Assembly: GCA_964016885.1 (NCBI GenBank) | Contig: OZ024743.1 | Span: 365,924,001-365,988,000, forward strand | DNA from: Eledone cirrhosa | Taxonomy: Eukaryota | DNA length: 64,000 bases | Direction of reading: 5' to 3' | Part shown: positions 55,314 through 64,000 of the stretch, in pieces | Layout: every line of letters starts with the position of its first letter | Numbering within the stretch: the first letter of the stretch is position 1 | Notes under the pieces: generated by a model | What the model saw: the letters and a program-made list of their open reading frames with translations, nothing else | Databases searched by the model: none | What the model was told of the DNA's origin: nothing | Made by a program: the position numbers and the translations under genes

Positions 55314-56376
55314 TTGATTACGCGAATCATTAAAATGCAGGCTAGAAATAAATAAGCAGTTTGAAAAATTCAATATTATCGAATGACTGAAAATATTTAC
55401 ATTTGTTTCTGTAAGAAGAGGAGTCACACCACATAAGTCTTGGAATCTCTCTGTTCCTGGCTATTCTTATATATATATCAATATTTACTTTCTTTTCTTT
55501 TCTTTTTTCTCTCATTTTCTTCCCCGTCAATGCCGATCATTTTTCATCTTCCCCAAGACCTTTGAATGCTGATCTCGACCCGCGAGGTCTGAAGAGCAAT
55601 ATACGTTGTCAAGCCACTAACAGATTATATTTCTCTCTACTGTCATTACATCAGTAAGTGTTATACCACACACAAATTATCAGAGCATTTCTTAATCACG
55701 GATTGCAGCTGGTTTACAGACGAGACACGCCCACCTCAACACTTCAGCACTATCAAATAGCAATCAAATTTTGTTTCACCTCACACTATTATTTCCTAAA
55801 ATGTCGGCTTATGTTACAAACCTCAACCACCACAACCCTTTCTTCGTTACACAGCATTTTACCTCGTCACTTTTCTGTAAAATTCATTTAAATTTGATCT
55901 GTTTTAAGCCCATACTAACAGAGACATGGACACATAATCGCTTTCTCTTGCTCTCACACCCACCTAAACACAAACTTACACACACATAAACACGCAGATA
56001 CACATACGCACACAGAGTACGCAAAGGCTGTTTATCTGGTAAATTTCAGTTTGAAATTTAATGTAAATCCAATGTAACAGAATATGTGTATAAGTATATA
56101 TGTATGTACGAACATACGTACGTAATATGTACGAACATACATACGTACGTATGTACGTATGTATGAATGTACGAACATACATACGAACGTATGTACGTAT
56201 GTATGTATGTACGAACATACGTATGTATATATGTATGTATGTAGCTTGGGTTTGATCTGTAAATGATATTTAACCATATGTATGTATATATGTGTGTGTG
56301 TGTTTGTGTGTGTGTTTTATATATATATGTGTATGTGTGTTTGTGTGTGTGTTTGTATATATATATGTGTGTATGT

Positions 56377-56450
<74 letters not shown>

Positions 56451-58176
56451 ACATGGGCAAATATCATGGGTAAATATCGTATATATATAATCTGAATTTC
56501 TGTAAATATATGTATGAATTTCTCTATCCACGTGCTCTGTGGAAAATAATACTTTCCATATCAATTTTCATTCTTTCAAATCTCATAAAAGGTTTGCTTG
56601 TTTGTGAAGAATTTCTTAATGAAAACGATCTTCGTTGAGTGCTCAATTTGTAAACAGCTTAATGATACCGTGAATATGCCTTAGTCATGGCGGTTATTGT
56701 TTTTAATGTTGTTGTTATTGTTTTCCTCTAGGTCAACCCATGGTTAGACAAGATCAAAAACATTCCATTCATAACCGTCTAGTCTTCTGGGTGTTTCTAG
56801 GACTGCATTATCTAATATGTGCTTCTCCCTTTTCTTCAAAGGAGCCGTGAATATGAGTTGAGAGAGAATTTACTACTTTTAGCCAAGTGAGCAACCACAT
56901 GAAGCTCCTTCGTCACCTCAGTTCTACGCTGGTTGTAAAGTAATGAGAATAGTGCTTAGAGTACTCATGGCACAGTAATGGAAGACGTGATTGAAAGTCA
57001 ATCTGATCTGATCTCCTCCATGAATAATTGTAAGTCAATTTTCGAAAATTGATTTCAGCATTGTCTTCTCATATATTAGAATAATAGTTGCACTACCTAT
57101 TTGGCAAATTATCCTCAAATCATAAGCCAATAAAGCACTCCCTGCGCCTGGGGACCCTAAAGAGGTCGATATCTACCCCCAGAGTCGATAGAACTACCCA
57201 GGTGGCTAATTGAACGTTTGGGTCAAAACGTCACATTTGTATAAATGAAAATTTATAAAATAATACAATTAAAATACAACTTGCTTACACAGGTTTCTGA
57301 TTTATATATATAATTAGTCTTTATTGTTTGTTTATTTTATATTCTGCGCAATGATTTATTTATTTGTGTACATGCAACCTTTTGCATATAGCAGCTAAAA
57401 ATCTCTATAATCCCTCACTAATGTCTTACAAAAACAAATTACATATTCGATAATGTAATTGAGATAAACTACATCTGAAAAGGCACGATGGTTACAGTTA
57501 GAATACCTTTGATCATAGATCTGCTGGATTTGGGGCTGGCTTGGTGCTAAACAACAACAAATTGTACTGGTCCAATACCACTAGCTATAAGGAGATACAG
57601 CTTACTCGGATAAGTAAAGAGAACACTGAAACATATTGCATGATATTAGTTTATTCCAGTGTTATCGGAAGACAGGAGCTGTGTCAGAGTTGTAATATAT
57701 ACAAAACCAATTTCAAGAACAACATAAAAAAACAAAGACAAACAGAAGTGTGATGTAAAAAAATTTAACGCTGTAAAGAAGAAATAGAGTTCGACGTTTT
57801 GGAGTGTGATTAGTAGTTAAAAGATGCAAGGAGAGGATCAAATCCCATTGAAGATTAACTCTTAGTTGCTGCTGGTATTCACACTTTCTACTGAGTAGCC
57901 GGGAGCAACGTGAAATGATGTGTCTTGGTCTTTAGACGAACCACCCTAATCATTCCTCCACGCGTCTTCACATTATTTATTATTAGCACTGTTGCATTTC
58001 TAATTATTATATCTTTGGAATTGTTTCTTCTACAGTATTGCCAAGCAAATAATTGCCAGAGTCGTTAAAACGTTGCGGTTTTCCTTTCAGCTCTGCACTG
58101 AGTTCAAATCCAGCCTAGGTCAATTTTGCCTTTCCTCTTTTCGAGGTCGATAATGCATCAGACTAGTGATGGATAG

Positions 58177-58255
<79 letters not shown>

Positions 58256-58499
58256 TCACCCCTTTCCTCTCTCTCCCCCTTAATCCTAGAAAATAAGTTG
58301 GAGATATCAGAAAAGGAATGGCTGCTGTTATAGAGTTCGGGAGTTAAGGTTTTCAGCATTTAATTTTCTCCAGTTACTTTCTGAGTTCAAATTCCTTACG
58401 AGTAGTATTTACTTTTTATCGCTCTGAGATCATTAAGTTAAAATACCCCATCCCTAAAATGTATGTCTTAAGTCTATACTAGAGATGGATATTATTGAT

Positions 58500-58645
58500 A
58501 AATTTTAAGCATAGAGTTACAGCCCTTTATGATCTGAGTTAAAATCCCGTCGAGGTTAACTTTGCCTTTCATCCTTACGGGGTCGATAAAATAAAGTACC
58601 AGTAATGCACTGGTATAATTACTGGCCGTGTGCCAAAAGTAGAAA
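58500..58645 (+). mobile_element. tRNA-derived SINE (family 2)
   Basis: aaatcccgtcgaggttaactttgcctttcatccttacggggtcgataaaataaagtaccag. Confidence 0.8.
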
Positions 58646-58801
58646 TAATTATTAATAAATAAATAAATAAATAAATAAAAGAAATAATAATTATTATCAT
58701 TATCATAATCCGAATTATGATCATCACCATCATCATCATCATCATTATTATTATTAAGTTATTTATTAAGGAGGAGGTCACTAGAGATGGTCTTCATATT
58801 A

Positions 58802-58985
58802 ATTGTTTCTACTTTTGGCACAAGGCCAGCAATTAACCAGTATATTACTGGTACTTTATTTTATCGACCCCGTAAGGATGAAAGGCAAAGTTAACCTCGG
58901 CGGGATTTGAACTCAGAATGGCAAGGGCGGTAACTCTATGCGTCAAAAGCAAGGCGTCCAGCCCTCTACCGATACTGCCAATTCA
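58802..58985 (-). mobile_element. tRNA-derived SINE (family 2)
   Basis: Close match to 54241-54426. Confidence 0.85.
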
Positions 58986-59324
58986 CATTAATGAACCGTA
59001 AAATATGTTTACAATACTCGGCGTTATTTTACTTTAGTTCTTCAGTTTGGTTTTAACGATTATAAATTCCAGTTATGCTGGAACTCTGTTTCAATTCTAA
59101 ACTAAAATGTCGCCATGTCAGGGCCTGGTTGTCATTCCTCTGAAATGGATAAAATATGTATAGGAATTCGAATCATTTCGTTTTCATTCCCCGCCAAAAA
59201 TTATACTATTTTTTTAAAAAAAGGAATAAATGAATAAATATTAAATTAAATTAAATCATTCTTGTAGGGGTTAAATAAAGGTGAAGAGCGGATGATAAAA
59301 TAATGATGCCGATGATGCCGATAG

Positions 59325-59641
59325 ATCCTTTGTCGGTTTCGACGACGAGTATTTAGTTGTTCGATCAACTGAATATCCGATACGTTTAATTGATGTGTGA
59401 TAGAGTATTCCAAAGGCACTTGTACCCTTAATATAATAATTCTCAGCCATAATCTGTGTAAGACGATATATTACAAGGCCGGACTTTGTGATATAACTAC
59501 AGTCCGTCTACTCATTTTTACTAACAGGACTAAGTCGACAAGAACCTTTGTAATATACACTTACCCAAGATACCACACAGTGAGATCGAACTTACGACCT
59601 CGTGATTGGGATGCGAACTTCTTAATCGCTCAGCCACGCCT
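59325..59641 (-). mobile_element. tRNA-derived SINE (family 1), diverged
   Basis: Minus strand ggcgtggctgagcgattaag..gtaagttcgatctc; body resembles 26171-26455. Confidence 0.6.
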
Positions 59642-60139
59642 GTGTTCTAGCATGACAAAATGCCTTGCAGCATTTAGTCGTATCACTATGTAGTTTTAGT
59701 TCGAAACTAGCTATATTCGAAAATGTGCTTATTAACATACCAGGATTTATAGTATAAATACAAAGCCTCTACTAAGACCGATACTATCGACTTCAGATAA
59801 CCCTTATTCATTTAATCTCTGATTTCACAGAACACAAAATATAGTGCTAATAATTGTATGACTAATTATATAAGCTGTTGCATATGGCGTGTAAAAAGCT
59901 TGTCACACTGGAAAGAGGATAGTAATAGTGTGTGTGTGTGTGAGAGAGAGGGGGAGGGGAGTGGTGGTGGCAGCAATATTGTTGTCGAGGGAGGGAGCGT
60001 TGTAGCAACGGCAAAATTCTTCTTTCTTTTTAATGTTACGTTTGTATGGAAAGGATATTATAAACTTTCATGTATGCGAATTTTTTTTCTTTTTAATTCT
60101 AAAAGGTTATATTATTTGTGTGGCTATATATAAGTTATA

Positions 60140-60260
60140 AGGCGGATAGAATGCTTTGCAGTATTCGTTCCGGCACTCTGTACTCTGAACATAAATCCCG
60201 CCGAGATCAACTTTGCCTTTCATCCTTTCAAGGTCGATAAAAAGTACTAGCCCAACACTG
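60140..60260 (+). mobile_element. tRNA-derived SINE (family 2), diverged
   Basis: aaatcccgccgagatcaactttgcctttcatcctttcaaggtcgataaaa. Confidence 0.7.
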
Positions 60261-60562
60261 GGTTATCTCACTTCTCTCTATGATTCTGTCGCCTTCTCTG
60301 GAAGAAATCAACAGTGTTCAGACATGGATAGGAGATGGGCTCCACCAGGTTTTATAAATGCCCTAAAAATGCCGTATGTCTACAACGCTTCTATGACTCC
60401 GCATCGAGTTATGGGCTCATACATACATACATGCATCTATACATACATACATACATACATACATACATACATACATACATACATACATACATACATACAT
60501 GCATCTATACATACATACATATATACATACATACATACATACATACATACATACATACATAC

Positions 60563-61172
60563 ATGGTGGCTGCCAACTCGTTTTCGAGTACGGCCACTAC
60601 TTTATATCCATGTAGGAGAACCCCTACCGATGCGCTGAACGACTGTGACTTTTTAGTCCAGCCAGCGACTTGAAAACTCTGGTACAAACACTACACTTGT
60701 GACAATTATTGACACATAGTGCTGGGCCCATGGTACCATGTGACGACAAGTGCAGAGAGATCTCCAGATATAAAGCAATGCCTGTGCCGTGAAGCTTTTA
60801 TAGTGAGCAAAGGCACTGCACAAAGCCAGTCCCACTCTCTTAACCAAGATGATATTTACCAAAAAGAAGAACAAGTCAACATCATTGGATACCATCAGGG
60901 TTGCAGGTGTTATATCAGAGTTTTCCTTCTCCTAGAATTCTGCCTTGACAAAGGCTAAGGGGTCATCTCTCCCGGTGATTTTGGATGGCCATTGACTCTT
61001 AAGAGCTCCTTTGCCCTTTGACAGGTTTTGTTTTTAGTCCTGCAGGATGTCCAAAGTCACCCTCCTCACCAAGAAACCTTGGTGGGGTTGCCAGTTTAGT
61101 CGCCAACGACCCGACCATGAGACAGGTTGTACTGGGATACATGTTACCAGTAGCACCAACTGGTGACCTGAC
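60563..61172 (-). mobile_element. ~610-bp bipartite non-autonomous RTE derivative (5' UTR + 3' end) in (TACA)n
   Basis: Minus strand ctaggagaaggaaaactctg (RTE 5'-UTR-type motif); 3' end ggccgtactcgaaaacgagttggcagcc + (ATGT)n; no ORF. Confidence 0.7.
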
Positions 61173-61341
61173 ATACATACATACATATATATATACATAC
61201 ATATATATATACATACATATATACATACATACATATATACATACATACATATATACATACATATACATATACATACATATATATATACATACACATATAT
61301 ATACATATATACATACATACATATATACATACATACATACA

Positions 61342-61487
61342 TACAAATGGCTGCGATAGCTGGCACCTTCAAAATTTGCAAAACATTCTTGCGATTCAAG
61401 GGATGACAATTTCTTTTCTTTTACAACCTTGCCACCAGGAAGGTGGCCGGTCAAAAAAATATACTCGAAATTAAGAGAAAGAGAAAA
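61342..61487 (+). mobile_element. R4/Dong-like family A, extreme 3' fragment
   Basis: Matches 6366-6510. Confidence 0.9.
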
Positions 61488-61521
61488 CATACATACATAC
61501 ATACATACATACATACATACA

Positions 61522-61551
<30 letters not shown>

Positions 61552-61552
<1 letters not shown>

Positions 61553-61789
61553 TGCATCTAATAACTGCATATACACATGTACAGATACAAAGCATATACA
61601 CATGCACACATACAACTCAAAACATACACATCCACACATACAATAACATCCATATCTACACATGCATGCATACATACATATCTACCTAGTTGATGTTGTG
61701 TAAATTCCAATGAGAGAGTCTTGTAACTATGTTAGAAACCGACTCTCTCTCTATTGATAAAACTTTGTGAAATTATAAAACCAGAAGAA
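61552..61789 (+). mobile_element. R4/Dong-like family B 3' UTR fragment
   Basis: Matches 6775-7008. Confidence 0.85.
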
Positions 61790-61852
61790 CATACATATAT
61801 AACATACATACATACATACATAAATACATACATACATACATACATACATACA

Positions 61853-61886
<34 letters not shown>

Positions 61887-61900
61887 CATACATACATACA

Positions 61901-62281
61901 TGATGATGGCTGTCCCTTCGTTATCGAGTATGGCCATTGCACGATATACCATTATTAATGATTATTAATTAATTCTATCGTGCAACGCCTGTGCGTGAAG
62001 ATATTTTTTAAAGTGAGGAAAGACTGTGCACTGAGCCAATCCCACTCTCTGGGCGACAGTAGCTATAACCCGAAAAGAAGAAAAGATCAACATCATCGGT
62101 AACTACTGAGCCGCAGGTTTTATATCGGAGTTAACCCAGTTTTCTGAGTTGCCTTCTCCTAGAAGAATGCCCTAACAAAGGCTAGGGGTCCTTCAGTCCC
62201 AGTGGTTTAACCGCGCGGTACATGTGTATATACATATTTACACACTTTTGGATGGCCGTTGACTCTTATGAGTTCTTCCGC
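61901..62281 (-). mobile_element. Second subfamily of the bipartite RTE derivative
   Basis: Shares gccttctcctagaa, aaaggctagggg and tttggatggcc.ttgactctta with 60563-61172. Confidence 0.65.
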
Positions 62282-62398
62282 ATACATACATACATACATA
62301 CATACATACATACATACATACATACATACATACATACATACATACATACATACATACATGGTGGCTGCCAACTCGTTTTCGAGTACGGCCACTACTTT

Positions 62399-62598
62399 NN
62401 NNNNNNNNNNNNNNNNNNNNNNNNNNNNNNNNNNNNNNNNNNNNNNNNNNNNNNNNNNNNNNNNNNNNNNNNNNNNNNNNNNNNNNNNNNNNNNNNNNNN
62501 NNNNNNNNNNNNNNNNNNNNNNNNNNNNNNNNNNNNNNNNNNNNNNNNNNNNNNNNNNNNNNNNNNNNNNNNNNNNNNNNNNNNNNNNNNNNNNNNNN
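62399..62598. other. Assembly gap (200 N)
   Basis: Run of N. Confidence 1.
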
Positions 62599-62959
62599 AC
62601 GGCCCTTTTAAGGGCCCTTGAAATAGATGATGGTGACCCTTTCATTTGGGGCTGCCAGTGAACGCGCACACGCATCGGGGCCCATTTTATTGCACCATTC
62701 CTCTTTAAATTTGTTAAATTATACCCACAGTTTATTAAACGTTTGTCCAGTTGCGTTTACTTACTAAGGTGCGGTGGACTCCTTGGAGAAGGCTCCACAT
62801 GCTGTCCGATTGCACGTCATGCCTTGCTCAAGCATTGCAGACTTCCCTCTGACATAAGTGGTGACATCTGTCCTGCTGACTCATGCCACTTTATTAAAGT
62901 ACAAAAGCACCAAGCCGATTTTCTCCACGTGGAAGGAGAAGCATACCTAATACTAATTG

Positions 62960-63565
62960 CATCAGTGTATTCGGTTTATTTTCCTTACATATCGTCCAGG
63001 CATGCAGTTTTCCCACAATTAGGTCTGTTGGCGGTGCGCGTTATGTTTCAGGGAGTGTTATGCACATAAAAAATTCAACTTTTTGATCCCCTAGAGCCCG
63101 CATTAGGTCAAAAACTGCGTTTGTTCAGCTTTTTAGGGGTATTTTGAGGCGTTACGTCAGACCGATTTCTTTGAAATTGTAACTATGTATTAGTCAGTGT
63201 TTCTTCATACCGTGAGGAAAGAAAATCCAACTTTTTTATGGCCTAGGGCCCACATTAGGTGAAAAACTTCATTTTTTCAGCTTTTTAGGGCTTTTTTTAG
63301 GCGTTACGTCTAGCCGATTTTCCCGAAATTTCAAGGCATATTATGCACATAAAAAGATTCATTTTCTTGATGACCTAGGTATTAGGTTAATACCTGCATT
63401 TTTCCTGCTTCATCGAGGCAAATCTTACAGATTATCCAGCCATCAGAGTATTCGGTTTATTTTCTTTACATATTGTCGAGGCATGCAGTTTTTCCACGAT
63501 TAGGTCTGTTGGCGGCCCGCGTTCCAAAATACCTTATCCTGTGCAACGCCGGGTACCACTGCTAG
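62960..63565 (+). mobile_element. Non-autonomous Helitron 3' part (same family as 31611-32360)
   Basis: Shared body and ..tgcaacgccgggtaccactgCTAG|T end. Confidence 0.85.
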
Positions 63566-63600
63566 TATTATATATATATATATAATATATATATATATTA

Positions 63601-63636
<36 letters not shown>

Positions 63637-63672
63637 ATATATATATATATAATATATATATATATATAATAT

Positions 63673-63715
<43 letters not shown>

Positions 63716-63732
63716 TATATATAATATATATA

Positions 63733-63781
<49 letters not shown>

Positions 63782-63796
63782 TATATAATATATATA

Positions 63797-63845
<49 letters not shown>

Positions 63846-63917
63846 TGTATATATATATATATATATATGTATGTATATATATATATATTGTATATATATA
63901 TATATATATATATATGT

Positions 63918-63956
<39 letters not shown>

Positions 63957-63966
63957 ATATATATAT

Positions 63967-64000
<34 letters not shown>
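63566..64000. repeat. (TA)n microsatellite
   Basis: Direct inspection. Confidence 0.98.

Noticed and set aside
55588-55615. CTGAAGA followed by a small hairpin
   Set aside because: No GAAA or stem III.

Overview
AT-rich eukaryotic repeat DNA with no recognisable host gene. The microsatellite load and SINE families suggest an octopus or other cephalopod (inference). The window is almost entirely mobile elements nested in microsatellites: R4/Dong-type RT+RLE LINEs in (TAA)n and (TACA)n; an RTE LINE and non-autonomous RTE derivatives; a Tx1/L1-like 5' remnant; one decayed Rep/Pif1 Helitron plus non-autonomous Helitrons; tRNA-derived SINEs; a probable solo LTR; and three Penelope-like elements (RT + C-terminal GIY-YIG, CxCx5C linker) in (TA)n. 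The main signal is invisible in the ORF track: about 20 type I hammerhead ribozyme motifs (CTGANGA...GAAA...NTH), found by eye on both strands. At least 7 have a complete core and stems. Many lie in ORF-less 0.3-1.1 kb units that are tandem or terminally repeated, sit in (TA)n, often have fold-back 5' ends, and several share a GTATTGAGTAC motif near the 3' junction. This looks like a multi-family retrozyme (candidate circRNA) system mobilised by Penelope-like elements. All folds were assigned manually and no searches were run. Most ORFs in the track ([12 protein letters not shown]) are microsatellite artefacts.
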